A DNA stretch of 64,000 nt from NCBI RefSeq assembly GCF_009914755.1, contig NC_060929.1; one strand, given 5' to 3'. The first letter of the stretch is position 1; each line of letters starts with the position of its first letter. This DNA comes from the human T2T-CHM13v2.0 reference genome, Homo sapiens. Of this stretch, positions 37,601-52,000 are shown piece after piece. Both the position numbers and the translations under genes were made by a program. The notes under the pieces were generated by a model. The model was not told the DNA's origin and did not search any database. It saw only the letters and a program-made list of their open reading frames with translations.

Positions 37601-40600
37601 TCCTGTAAGGCTAGACAGAAGAATTCCCAGTAACTTCCTTGTGTTGTGTACATTCAACTCACAGAGTTGAACCTTCCCTTAGACAGAGCAGATTTGAAAC
37701 ACTCTTTTTGTGCAATTGGCAAGTGGAGATTTCAAGCGCTTTGAGGTCAATGGCAGAAAAGGAAATATCTTCGTTTCAAAACTAGACAGAATCATTCCCA
37801 CAAACTGCGTTGTGATGTGTTCGTTCAACTCACAGAGTTTAACCTTTCTTTTCATAGAGCAGTTAGGAAACAGTCTGTTTGAAAATTCTGTAAGTGGATA
37901 TTCTGACATCTTGTGGCCTTCGTTGGAAACGGGATTTCTTCATATTCTGCTAGACAGAAGAATTCTCAGAATCTTCCTTGTGTTGTGTGTATTCAACTCA
38001 CAGAGTTGAACGATGGTTTACACAGAGCAGATTTGAAACACTCATTTGGTGGAATTTGCAAGTGGAGATTTCAGCCGCTTTGAGGTCAATGGTAGAAAAG
38101 GAAATATCTTCGTATAACAACTAGACAGAATGACTCTCAGAAACTTCTTTGTGATGTGTGTGTTCAACTCACAGAGTTTAACCTTTCTTTTCATAGAGCA
38201 GTTAGGAAACACTGTGTTTTTAAACTCTGCAAGTGGATATTCAGACCTCTTTGAGGCCTTCGTTGGAAACGGGATTTCTTCATACTGTGCTAGACAGAAG
38301 AATTCTCAGTAACTTCCTTGTGTTGTGTGTATTCAACTCACAGAGTTGAACGATCCTTTAAACAGAGCAGACTTGAAACACTCTTTTTGTGGAATTTGCA
38401 AGTGGAGATTTCAGCCGCGTTGAGGTCAATGGTAGAAAAGGAAATATCTTCGTATAAAAACTAGACAGAATGATTCTCAGAAACTCCTTTGTGATGTGTG
38501 TGTTCAACTCACAGAGTTTAACATTTCTTTTCATAGAGCAGTTAGGAAACACTCTGTTTGTAAAGTCTGCAAGTGGATATTCAGACCTCTTTGAGGCCTT
38601 CGTTGGAAACGGGTTTTTTTCATATAAGGCTAGACAGAAGAATTCCCAGTAACTTCCTTGTGTTGTGTGTGTTCAACTCACAGAGTTGAACTTTCATTTA
38701 CACAGAGCAGATTTGAAACACTCTTTTTGTGGAATTTGCAAATGGAGATTTCAAGCGCTTTGAGGCCAAAGGCAGAAAAGGAAATATCTTCGTATAAAAA
38801 CTAGACAGAATCATTCTCAGAAACTGCTCTGCGATGTGTGCGTTCAACTCTCAGAGTTTAACTTTTCTTTTCATTCAGCAGTTTGGAAACACTCTGTTTG
38901 TAACGTCTGCACGTGAATAATTTGACCACTTAGAGGCCTTCGTTGGAAACGGGTTTTTTTCATGTAAGGCTAGACAGAAGAATTCTCAGTAACTTCCTTG
39001 TGTTGTGTGTATTCAACTCACAGAGTTGAACGATCCTTTACACAGAGCAGACTTGTAACACTCTTTTTGTGGAATTTGCAAGTGGAGATTTCAGCCGCTT
39101 TGAAGTCAAAGGTAGAAAAGGGAATATCTTCCTATAAAAACTAGACAGAATGATTCTCAGAAACTCCTTTGTGATGTGTGCGTTCAACTCACAGAGTTTA
39201 ACCTTTCTTTTCATAGAGCAGTTAGGAAACACTCTGTTTCTAAAGTCTGCAAGTGGATATTCAGACCTCTTTGAGGCCTTCGTTGGAAACGGGTTTTTTT
39301 CATATAAGGCTAGAGAGAAGAATTCCCAGTAACTTCCTTGTGTTGTGTGTGTTCAACTCACAGAGTTGAACTTTCATTTACACAGAGCAGATTTGAAACA
39401 CTCTTTTTGTGGAATTTGCAAGTGGAGATTTCAAGCGCTGTGAGGCCAAAGGCAGAAAAGGAAATATCTTCGTATAAAAACTAGACAGAATCATTCTCAG
39501 AAACTGCTCTGCGATGTGTGCGTTCAACTCTCAGAGTTTAACTTTTCTTTTCATTCAGCAGTTTGGAAACACTCTGTTTGTAAAGTCTGCACGTGGATAA
39601 TTTGACCACTTAGAGGCCTTCGTTGGAAACGGGTTTTTTTCATGCAAGGCTAGACAGAAGAATTCTCAGTAACTTCCTTGTGTTGTGTGTATTCAACTCA
39701 CAGAGTTGAACGATCCTTTACACAGAGCAGACTTGTAACACTCTTTTTGTGGAATTTGCAAGTGGAGATTTCAGCCGCTTTGAAGTCAAAGGTAGAAAAG
39801 GAAATATCTTCCTATAAAAACTAGACAGATAGATTCTCAGAAACTCCTTTGTGATGTGTGCGTTCAACTCACAGAGTTTAACCTTTCTTTTCATAGAGCA
39901 GTTAGGAAACACTCTGTTTGTAAAGTCTGCAAGTGGATATTCAGACCTCTTTGAGGCCATCGTTGGAAACGGGTTTTTTTCATATAAGGCTAGACAGAAG
40001 AATTCCCAGTAACTTCCTTGTGTTGTGTGTGTTCAACTCACAGAGTTGAACTTTCATTTACACAGAGCAGATTTGAAACACTCTTTTTGTGGAATTTGCA
40101 GGTGGAGATTTCAAGCCCTTTGAGGCCAAAGGCAGAAAAGGAAATATCTTCGTATAAAAACTAGACAGAATCATTCTCAGAAACTGCTCTGCGATGTGTG
40201 CGTTCAACTCTCAGAGTTTAACTTTTCTTTTCATTCAGCAGTTTGGAAACACTCTGTTTGTAAAGTCTGCACGTGGATAATTTGACCACTTAGAGGCCTT
40301 CGTTGGAAACGGGTTTTTTTCATGTAAGGCTAGACAGAAGAATTCTCAGTAACTTCCTTGTGTTGTGTGTATTCAACTCACAGAGTTGAACGATCCTTTA
40401 CACAGAGCAGACTTGTAACACTCTTTTTGTGGAATTTGCAAGTGGAGATTTCAGCCGCTTTGAAGTCAAAGGTAGAAAAGGAAATATCTTCCTATAAAAA
40501 CTAGACAGAATGATTCTCAGAAACTCCTTTGTGATGTGTGCGTTCAACTCACAGAGTTTAACCTTTCTTTTCATAGAGCAGTTAGGAAACACTCTGCTTG

Positions 40601-43000
40601 TAAAGTCTGCAAGTGGATATTCAGCCCTCTTTGAGGCCTTCGTTGGAAACGGGTTTTTTTCATATAAGGCTAGACAGAAGAATTCCCAGTAACTTCCTTG
40701 TGTTGTGTGTGTTCAACTCACAGAGTTGAACTTTCATTTACACAGAGCAGATTTGAAACACTCTTTTTGTGGAATTTGCAAGTGGAGATTTCAAGCGCTT
40801 TGAGGCCAAAGGCAGAAAAGGAAATATCTTCGTATAAAAACTAGACAGAATCATTCTCAGAAACTGCTCTGCGATGTGTGCGTTCAACTCTCAGAGTTTA
40901 ACTTTTCTTTTCATTCAGCAGTTTGGAAACACTCTGTTTGTAAAGTCTGCACGTGGATATTTTGACCACTTAGAGGCCTTCGTTGGAAACGGGTTTTTTT
41001 CCTGTAAGGCTAGACAGAAGAATTCCCAGTAACTTCCTTGTGTTGTGTACATTCAACTCACAGAGTTGAACGTTCCCTTAGACAGAGCAGATTTGAAACA
41101 CTCTTTTTGTGCAATTGGCAAGTGGAGATTTCAAGCGCTTTGAGGTCAATGGCAGAAAAGGAAATATCTTCGTTTCAAAACTAGACAGAATCATTCCCAC
41201 AAACTGCGTTGTGATGTGTTCGTTCAACTCACAGAGTTTAACCTTTCTTTTCATAGAGCAGTTAGGAAACAGTCTGTTTGAAAATTCTGTAAGTGGATAT
41301 TCTGACATCTTGTGGCCTTCGTTGGAAACGGGATTTCTTCATATTCTGCTAGACAGAAGAATTCTCAGAATCTTCCTTGTGTTGTGTGTATTCAACTCAC
41401 AGAGTTGAACGATGGTTTACACAGAGCAGATTTGAAACACTCATTTGGTGGAATTTGCAAGTGGAGATTTCAGCCGCTTTGAGGTCAATGGTAGAAAAGG
41501 AAATATCTTCGTATAACAACTAGACAGAATGATTCTCAGAAACTTCTTTGTGATGTGTGTGTTCAACTCACAGAGTTTAACCTTTCTTTTCATAGAGCAG
41601 TTAGGAAACACTGTGTTTTTAAACTCTGCAAGTGGATATTCAGACCTCTTTGAGGCCTTCGTTGGAAACGGGATTTCTTCATACTGTGCTAGACAGAAGA
41701 ATTCTCAGTAACTTCCTTGTGTTGTGTGTATTCAACTCACAGAGTTGAACGATCCTTTACACAGAGCAGACTTGAAACACTCTTTTTGTGGAATTTGCAA
41801 GTGGAGATTTCAGCCGCGTTGAGGTCAATGGTATAAAAGGAAATATCTTCGTATAAAAACTAGACAGAATGATTCTCAGAAACTCCTTTGTGATGTGTGT
41901 GTTCAACTCACAGAGTTTAACATTTCTTTTCATAGAGCAGTTAGGAAACACTCTGTTTGTAAAGTCTGCAAGTGGATATTCAGACCTCTTTGAGGCCTTC
42001 GTTGGAAACGGGTTTTTTTCATATAAGGCTAGACAGAAGAATTCCCAGTAACTTCCTTGTGTTGTGTGTGTTCAACTCACAGAGTTGAACTTTCATTTAC
42101 ACAGAGCAGATTTGAAACACTCTTTTTGTGGAATTTGCAAATGGAGATTTCAAGCGCTTTGAGGCCAAAGGCAGAAAAGGAAATATCTTCGTATAAAAAC
42201 TAGACAGAATCATTCTCAGAAACTGCTCTGCGATGTGTGCGTTCAACTCTCAGAGTTTAACTTTTCTTTTCATTCAGCAGTTTGGAAACACTCTGTTTGT
42301 AACGTCTGCACGTGAATAATTTGACCACTTAGAGGCCTTCGTTGGAAGCGGGTTTTTTTCATGTAAGGCTAGACAGAAGAATTCTCAGTAACTTCCTTGT
42401 GTTGTGTGTATTCAACTCACAGAGTTGAACGATCCTTTACACAGAGCAGACTTGTAACACTCTTTTTGTGGAATTTGCAAGTGGAGATTTCAGCCGCTTT
42501 GAAGTCAAAGGTAGAAAAGGAAATATCTTCCTATAAAAACTAGACAGAATGATTCTCAGAAACTCCTTTGTGATGTGTGCGTTCAACTCACAGAGTTTAA
42601 CCTTTCTTTTCATAGAGCAGTTAGGAAACACTCTGCTTGTAAAGTCTGCAAGTGGATATTCAGCCCTCTTTGAGGCCTTCGTTGGAAACGGGTTTTTTTC
42701 ATATAAGGCTAGACAGAAGAATTCCCAGTAACTTCCTTGTGTTGTGTGTGTTCAACTCACAGAGTTGAACTTTCATTTACACAGAGCAGATTTGAAACAC
42801 TCTTTTTGTGGAATTTGCAAGTGGAGATTTCAAGCGCTTTGAGGCCAAAGGCAGAAAAGGAAATATCTTCGTATAAAAACTAGACAGAATCATTCTCAGA
42901 AGCTGCTCTGCGATGTGTGCGTTCAACTCTCAGAGTTTAACTTTTCTTTTCATTCAGCAGTTTGGAAACACTCTGTTTGTAAAGTCTGCACGTGGATATT
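32130..43000 (+). repeat. Tandem duplication, unit 5438 bp (16 dimers); boundaries approximate
   Basis: Private variants recur at +5438: GGCCATCG 34521/39959, CAAGCCCTTT, GGTATAAAAGG, GGAAGCGGG 36910/42348, GAAGCTGC 37464/42902. ORF offsets are all 5438. Confidence 0.92.
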
Positions 43001-46000
43001 TTGACCACTTAGAGGCCTTCGTTGGAAACGGGTTTTTTTCCTGTAAGGCTAGACAGAAGAATTCCCAGTAACTTCCTTGTGTTGTGTACATTCAACTCAC
43101 AGAGTTGAACGTTCCCTTAGACAGAGCAGATTTGAAACACTCTTTTTGTGCAATTGGCAAGTGGAGATTTCAAGCGCTTTAAGGTCAATGGCAGAAAAGG
43201 AAATATCTTCGTTTCAAAACTAGACAGAATCATTCCCACAAACTGCGTTGTGATGTGTTCGTTCAACTCACAGAGTTTAACCTTTCTTTTCATAGAGCAG
43301 TTAGGAAACAGTCTGTTTGAAAATTCTGTAAGTGGATATTCTGACATCTTGTGGCCTTCGTTGGAAACGGGATTTCTTCATATTCTGCTAGACAGAAGAA
43401 TTCTCAGAATCTTCCTTGTGTTGTGTGTATTCAACTCACAGAGTTGAACGATGGTTTACACAGAGCAGATTTGAAACACTCATTTGGTGGAATTTGCAAG
43501 TGGAGATTTCAGCCGCTTTGAGGTCAATGGTAGAAAAGGAAATATCTTCGTATAACAACTAGACAGAATGATTCTCAGAAACTTCTTTGTGATGTGTGTG
43601 TTCAACTCACAGAGTTTAACCTTTCTTTTCATAGAGCAGTTAGGAAACACTGTGTTTTTAAACTCTGCAAGTGGATATTCTGACCTCTTTGAGGCCTTCG
43701 TTGGAAACGGGTTTCTTCATACTGTGCTAGACAGAAGAATTCTCAGTAACTTCCTTGTGTTGTGTGTATTCAACTCACAGAGTTGAACGATCCTTTACAC
43801 AGAGCAGACTTGAAACACTCTTTTTGTGGAATTTGCAAGTGGAGATTTCAGCCGCGTTGAGGTCAATGGTAGAAAAGGAAATATCTTCGTATAAAAACTA
43901 GACAGAATGATTCTCAGAAACTCCTTTGTGATGTGTGTGTTCAACTCACAGAGTTTAACATTTCTTTTCATAGAGCAGTTAGGAAACACTCTGTTTGTAA
44001 AGTCTGCAAGTGGATATTCAGACCTCTTTGAGGCCTTCGTTGGAAACGGGTTTTTTTCATATAAGCCTAGACAGAAGAATTCCCAGTAACTTCCTTGTGT
44101 TGTGTGTGTTCAACTCACAGAGTTGAACTTTCATTTACACAGAGCAGATTTGAAACACTCTTTTTGTGGAATTTGCAAATGGAGATTTCAAGCGCTTTGA
44201 GGCCAAAGGCAGAAAAGGAAATATCTTCGTATAAAAACTAGACAGAATCATTCTCAGAAACTGCTCTGCGATGTGTGCGTTCAACTCTCAGAGTTTAACT
44301 TTTCTTTTCATTCAGCAGTTTGGAAACACTCTGTTTGTAAAGTCTGCACGTGGATAATTTGACCACTTAGAGGCCTTCGTTGGAAACGGGTTTTTTTCAT
44401 GTAAGGCTAGACAGAAGAATTCTCAGTAACTTCCTTGTGTTGTGTGTATTCAACTCACAGAGTTGAACGATCCTTTACACAGAGCAGACTTGTAACACTC
44501 TTTTTGTGGAATTTGCAAGTGGAGATTTCAGCCGCTTTGAAGTCAAAGGTAGAAAAGGAAATATCTTCCTATAAAAACTAGACAGAATGATTCTCAGAAA
44601 CTCCTTTGTGATGTGTGCGTTCAACTCACAGAGTTTAACCTTTCTTTTCATAGAGCAGTTAGGAAACACTCTGCTTGTAAAGTCTGCAAGTGGATATTCA
44701 CCCCTCTTTGAGGCCTTCGTTGGAAACGGGTTTTTTTCATATAAGGCTAGACAGAAGAATTCCCAGTAACTTCCTTGTGTTGTGTGTGTTCAACTCACAG
44801 AGTTGAACTTTGATTTACACAGAGCAGATTTGAAACACTCTTTTTGTGGAATTTGCAAGTGGAGATTTCAAGCGCTTTGAGGCCAAAGGCAGAAAAGGAA
44901 ATATCTTCGTATAAAAACTAGACAGAATCATTCTCAGAAACTGCTCTGCGATGTGTGCGTTCAACTCTCAGAGTTTAACTTTTCTTTTCATTCAGCAGTT
45001 TGGAAACACTCTGTTTGTAAAGTCTGCACGTGGATATTTTGACCACTTAGAGGCCTTCGTTGGAAACGGGTTTTTTTCCTGTAAGGCTAGACAGAAGAAT
45101 TCCCAGTAACTTCCTTGTGTTGTGTACATTCCACTCACAGAGTTGAACGTTCCCTTAGACAGAGCAGATTTGAAACACTCTTTTTGTGCAATTGGCAAGT
45201 GGAGATTTCAAGCGCTTTAAGGTCAATGGCAGAAAAGGAAATATCTTCGTTTCAAAACTAGACAGAATCATTCCCAAAAACTGCGTTGTGATGTGTTCGT
45301 TCATCTCACAGAGTTTAACCTTTCTTTTCATAGAGCAGTTAGGAAACAGTCTGTTTGTAAATTCTGTAAGTGGATATTCTGACATCTTGTGGCCTTCGTT
45401 GGAAACGGGATTTCTTCATATTCTGCTAGACAGAAGAATTCTCAGAATCTTCCTTGTGTTGTGTGTATTCAACTCACAGATTTGAACGATGGTTTACACA
45501 GAGCAGATTTGAAACACTCTTTTTGTGGAATTTGCAAGTGGAGATTTCAGCCGCTTTGAGGTCAATGGTAGAAAAGGAAATATCTTCGTATAAAAACTAG
45601 ACAGAATGATTCTCAGAAACTCCTTTGAGATGTGTGTGTTCAACTCACAGAGTTTAACCTTTCTTTTCATAGAGCAGTTAGGAATCACTCTGTTTGTAAA
45701 GTCTGCAAGTGGATATTCAGACCTCTTTGAGGCCTTCGTTGGAAACGGGTTTTTTTCATATAAGGCTAGACAGAAGAATTCCCAGTAACTTCCTTGTGTT
45801 GTGTGTGTTCAACTCACAGAGTTGAACTTTCATTTACACAGAGCAGATTTGAAACACTCTTTTTGTGGAATTTGCAACTGGAGATTTCAAGCGCTTTGAG
45901 GCCAAAGACAGAAAAGGAAATATCTTCGTATAAAAACTAGACAGAATCATTCTCAGAAACTGCTCTGCGATGTGTGCGTTCAACTCTCAGAGTTTAACTT

Positions 46001-49000
46001 TTCTTTTCATTCAGCAGTTTGGAAACACTCTGTTTGTAAAGTCTGCACGTGGATAATTTGACCACTTAGAGGCCTTCGTTGGAAACGGGTTTTTTTCATG
46101 TAAGGCTAGACAGAAGAATTCTCAGTAACTTCCTTGTGTTGTGTGTATTCAACTCACAGAGTTGAACGATCCTTTACACAGAGCAGACTTGTAACACTCT
46201 TTTTGTGGAATTTGCAAGTGGAGATTTCAGCCGCTTTGAAGTCAAAGGTAGAAAAGGAAATATCTTCCTATAAAAACTACACAGAATGATTCTCAGAAAC
46301 TCCTTTGTGATGTGTGCGTTCAACTCACAGAGTTTAACCTTTCTTTTCATAGAGGAGTTAGGAAACACTCTGTTTGTAAAGTCTGCAAGTGGATATTCAG
46401 ACCTCTTTGAGGTCTTCGTTGGAAACGGGTTTTTTTCATATAAGGCTAGACAGAAGAATTCCCAGTAACTTCCTTGTGTTGTGTGTGTTCAACTCACAGA
46501 GTTGAACTTTCATTTACACAGAGCAGATTTGAAACACTCTTTTTGTGGAATTTGCAATTGGAGATTTCAAGCGCTTTGAGGCCAAAGGCAGAAAAGGAAA
46601 TATCTTCGTATAAAAACTAGACAGAATCATTCTCAGAAACTGCTCTGTGATGTGTGCGTTCAACTCTCAGAGTTTAACTTTTCTTTTCATTCAGCAGTTT
46701 GGAAACACTCTGTTTGTAAAGTCTGCACGTGGATAATTTGACCACTTAGAGGCCTTCGTTGGAAACGGGTTTTTTTCATGTAAGGCTAGACAGAAGAGTT
46801 CTCAGTAACTTCCTTGTGTTGTGTGTATTCAACTCACACAGTTGAACGGTCCTTTACACAGAGCAGACTTGTAACACTCTTTTTGTGGAATTTGCAAGTG
46901 GAGATTTCAGCCGCTTTGAAGTCAAAGTAGAAAAGGAAATATCTTCCTATAAAAACTAGACAGAATGATTCTCAGAAACTCCTTTGTGATGTGTGCGTTC
47001 AACTCACAGAGTTTAACCTTTCTTTTCATAGAGCAGTTAGGAAACACTCTGTTTGTAAAGTCTGCAAGTGGATATTCAGACCTCTTTGAGGCCTTCGTTG
47101 GAAACGGGTTTTTTTCATATAAGGCTAGACAGAAGAATTCCCAGTAACTTCCTTGTGTTGTGTGTGTTCAACTCACAGAGTTGAACTTTCATTTACACAG
47201 AGCAGATTTGAAACACTCTTTTTGTGGAATTTGCAGGTGGAGATTTCAAGCGCTTTGAGGCCAAAGGCAGAAAAGGAAATATCTTCGTATAAAAACTAGA
47301 CAGAATCATTCTCAGAAACTGCTCTGCGATGTGTGCGTTCAACTCTCAGAGTTTAACTTTTCTTTTCATTCAGCAGTTTGGAAACACTCTGTTTGTAAAG
47401 TCTGCACGTGGATAATTTGACCACTTAGAGGCCTTCGTTGGAAACGGGTTTTTTTCATGTAAGGCTAGACAGAAGAATTCTCAGTAACTTCCTTGTGTTG
47501 TGTGTATTCAACTCACAGAGTTGAACGATCCTTTACACAGAGCAGACTTGTAAAACTTTTTTGTGGAATTTGCAAGTGGAGATTTCAGCCGCTTTGAAGT
47601 CAAAGGTAGAAAAGGAAATATCTTCCTATAAAAACTAGACAGAATGATTCTCAGAAACTCCTTTGTGATGTGTGCGTTCAACTCACAGAGTTTAACCTTT
47701 CTTTTCATAGAGCAGTTAGGAAACACTCTGCTTGTAAAGTCTGCAAGTGGATATTCAGCCCTCTTTGAGGCCTTCGTTGGAAACGGGTTTTTTTCATATA
47801 AGGCTAGACAGAAGAATTCCCAGTAACTTCCTTGTGTTGTGTGTGTTCAACTCACAGAGTTGAACTTTGATTTACACAGAGCAGATTTGAAACACTCTTT
47901 TTGTGGAATTTGCAAGTGGAGATTTCAAGCGCTTTGAGGCCAAAGGCAGAAAAGGAAATATCTTCGTATAAAAACTAGACAGAATCATTCTCAGAAACTG
48001 CTCTGCGATGTGTGCGTTCAACTCTCAGAGTTTAACTTTTCTTTTCATTCAGCAGTTTGGAAACACTCTGTTTCTAAAGTCTGCACGTGGATAATTTGAC
48101 CACTTAGAGGCCTTCGTTGGAAACGGGTTTTTTTCCTGTAAGGCTAGACAGAAGAATTCCCAGTAACTTCCTTGTGTTGTGTACATTCAACTCACAGAGT
48201 TGAACGTTCCCTTAGACAGAGCAGATTTGAAACACTCTTTTTGTGCAATTGGCAAGTGGAGATTTCAAGCGCTTTAAGGTCAATGGCAGAAAAGGAAATA
48301 TCTTCGTTTCAAAACTAGACAGAATCATTCCCACAAACTGCGTTGTGATGTGTTCGTTCATCTCACAGAGTTTAACCTTTCTTTTCATAGAGCAGTTAGG
48401 AAACACTCTGTTTGTAAATTCTGTAAGTGGATATTCTGACATCTTGTGGCCTTCGTTGGAAACGGGATTTCTTCATATTCTGCTAGACAGAAGAATTCTC
48501 AGAATCTTCCTTGTGTTGTGTGTATTCAACTCACAGAGTTGAACGATGGTTTACACAGAGCAGATTTGAAACACTCTTTTTGTGGAATTTGCAAGTGGAG
48601 ATTTCAGCCGCTTTGAGGTCAATGGTAGAAAAGGAAATATCTTCGTATAAAAACTAGACAGAATGATTCTCAGAAACTTCTTTGTGATGTGTGCGTTCAA
48701 CTCACAGAGTTTAACCTTTCTTTTCATAGAGCAGTTAGGAAACACTCTGTTTGTAAACTCTGCAAGTGGATATTCAGACCTCTTCGAGGCCTTCGTTGGA
48801 AACGGGATTTCTTCATACTGTGCTAGACAGAAGAATTCTCAGTAACTTCCTTGTGTTGTGTGTATTCAACTCACAGAGTTGAACGATCCTTTACACAGAG
48901 CGGACTTGAAACACTCTTTTTGTGGAATTTGCAAGTGGAGATTTCAGCCGCGTTGAGGTCAATGGTAGAAAAGGAAATATCTTCGTATAAAAACTAGACA

Positions 49001-52000
49001 GAATGATTCTCAGAAACTCCTTTGAGATGTGTGTGTTCAACTCACAGAGTTTAACCTTTCTTTTCATAGAGCAGTTAGGAATCACTCTGTTTGTAAAGTC
49101 TGCAAGTGGATATTCAGACCTCTTTGAGGCCTTCGTTGGAAACGGGTTTTTTTCATATAAGGCTAGACAGAAGAATTCCCAGTAACTTCCTTGTGTTGTG
49201 TGTGTTCAACTCACAGAGTTGAACTTTCATTTACACAGAGCAGATTTGAAACACTCTTTTTGTGGAATTTGCAAATGGAGATTTCAAGCGCTTTGAGGCC
49301 AAAGGCAGAAAAGGAAATATCTTCGTATAAAAACTAGACAGAATCATTCTCAGAAACTGCTCTGTGATGTGTGCGTTCAACTCTCAGAGTTTAACTTTGC
49401 TTTTCATTCAGCAGTTTGGAAACACTCTGTTTGTAAAGTCTGCACGTGGATAATTTGACCACTTAGAGGCCTTCGTTGGAAACGGGTTTTTTTCATGTAA
49501 GGCTAGACAGAAGAATTCTCAGTAACTTCCTTGTGTTGTGTGTATTCAACTCACAGAGTTGAACGATCCTTTACACAGAGCAGACTTGTAACACTCTTTT
49601 TGTGGAATTTGCAAGTGGAGATTTCAGCCGCTTTGAAGTCAAATGTAGAAAAGGAAATATCTTCCTATAAAAACTAGACAGAATGATTCTCAGAAACTCC
49701 TTTGTGATGTGTGCGTTCAACTCACAGAGTTTAACCTTTCTTTTCATAGAGCAGTTAGGAAACACTCTGTTTGTAAAGTCTGCAAGTGGATATTCAGACC
49801 TCTTTGAGGCCTTCGTTGGAAACGGGTTTTTTTCATATAAGGCTAGACAGAAGAATTCCCAGTAACTTCCTTGTGTTGTGTGTGTTCAACTCACAGAGTT
49901 GAACTTTCATTTACACAGAGCAGATTTGAAACACTCTTTTTGTGGAATTTGCAAGTGGAGATTTCAAGCGCTTTGAGGACAAAGGCAGAAAAGGAAATAT
50001 CTTCGTATAAAAACTAGACAGAATCATTCTCAGAAACTGCTCTGTGATGTGTGCGTTCAACTCTCAGAGTTTAACTTTTCTTTTCATTCAGCAGTTTGGA
50101 AACACTCTGTTTCTAAAGTCTGCACGTGGATAATTTGACCACTTAGAGGCCTTCGTTGGAAACGGGTTTTTTTCATGTAAGGCTAGACAGAAGAGTTCTC
50201 AGTAACTTCCTTGTGTTGTGTGTATTCAACTCACACAGTTGAACGATCCTTTACAGAGAGCAGACTTGTAACACTCTTTTTGTGGAATTTGCAAGTGGAG
50301 ATTTCAGCCGCTTTGAAGTCAAAGAAGAAAAGGAAATATCTTCCTATAAAAACTAGACAGAATGATTCTCAGAAACTCCTATGTGATGTGTGCGTTCAAC
50401 TCACAGAGTTTAACCTTTCTTTTCATAGAGCAGTTAGGAAACACTCTGTTTGTAAAGTCTGCAAGTGGATATTCAGACCTCTTTGAGGCCTTCGTTGGAA
50501 ACGGGTTTTTTTCATATAAGGCTAGACAGAAGAATTCCCAGTAACTTCCTTGTGTTGTGTGTGTTCAACTCACAGAGTTGAACGATAGTTTACACAGAGC
50601 AGATTTGAAACACTCATTTGGTGGAATTTGCAAGTGGAGATTTCAGCCGCTTTGAGGTCAATGGTAGAAAAGGAAATATCTTCGTATAACAACTAGACAG
50701 AATGATTCTCAGAAACTTCTTTGTGATGTGTGTGTTCAACTCACAGTGTTTAACCTTTCTTTTCATAGAGCAGTTAGGAAACACTGTGTTTTTAAACTCT
50801 GCAAGTGGATATTCAGACCTCTTTGAGGCCTTCGTTGGAAACGGGTTTCTTCATACTGTGCTAGACAGAAGAATTCTCAGTAACTTCATTGTGTTGTGTG
50901 TATTCAACTCACAGAGTTGAACGATCCTTTACACAGAGCAGACTTGAAACACTCTTTTTGTGGAATTTGCAAGTGGAGATTTCAGCCGCGTTGAGGTCAA
51001 TGGTAGAAAAGGAAATATCTTCGTATAAAAACTAGACAGAATGATTCTCAGAAACTCCTTTGTGATGTGTGTGTTCAACTCACAGAGTTTAACATTTCTT
51101 TTCATAGAGCAGTTAGGAAACACTCTGTTTGTAAAGTCTGCAAGTGGATATTCAGACCTCTTTGAGGCCTTCGTTGGAAACGGGTTTTTTTCATATAAGG
51201 CTAGACAGAAGAATTCCCAGTAACTTCCTTGTGTTGTGTGTGTTCAACTCACAGAGTTGAACTTTGATTTACACAGAGCAGATTTGAAACACTCTTTTTG
51301 TGGAATTTGCAAGTGGAGATTTCAAGCGCTTTGAGGCCAAAGGCAGAAAAGGAAATATCTTCGTATAAAAACTAGACAGAATCATTCTCAGAAACTGCTC
51401 TGCGATGTGTGCGTTCAACTCTCAGAGTTTAACTTTTCTTTTCATTCAGCAGTTTGGAAACACTCTGTTTGTAAAGTCTGCACGTGGATATTTTGACCAC
51501 TTAGAGGCCTTCGTTGGAAACGGGTTTTTTTCCTGTAAGGCTAGACAGAAGAATTCCCAGTAACTTCCTTGTGTTGTGTACATTCAACTCACAGAGTTGA
51601 ACGTTCCCTTAGACAGAGCAGATTTGAAACACACTTTTTGTGCAATTGGCAAGTGGAGATTTCAAGCGCTTTAAGGTCAATGGCATAAAAGGAAATATCT
51701 TCGTTTCAAAACTAGACAGAATCATTCCCACAAACTGCGTTGTGATGTGTTCGTTCATCTCACAGAGTTTAACCTTTCTTTTCATAGAGCAGTTAGGAAA
51801 CACTCTGTTTGTAAATTCTGTAAGTGGATATTCTGACATCTTGTGGCCTTCGTTGGAAACGGGATTTCTTCATATTCTGCTAGACAGAAGAATTCTCAGA
51901 ATCTTCCTTGTGTTGTGTGTATTCAACTCACACAGTTGAACGATGGTTTACACAGAGCAGATTTGAAACACTCTTTTTGTGGAATTTGCAAGTGGAGATT

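Noticed and set aside
47548-47565. Local change CTTGTAAAACTTTTTTGTGG (net 1-bp loss) giving an altered ORF
   Set aside because: A singleton next to a homopolymer; it could be a sequencing error and has no structural consequence.
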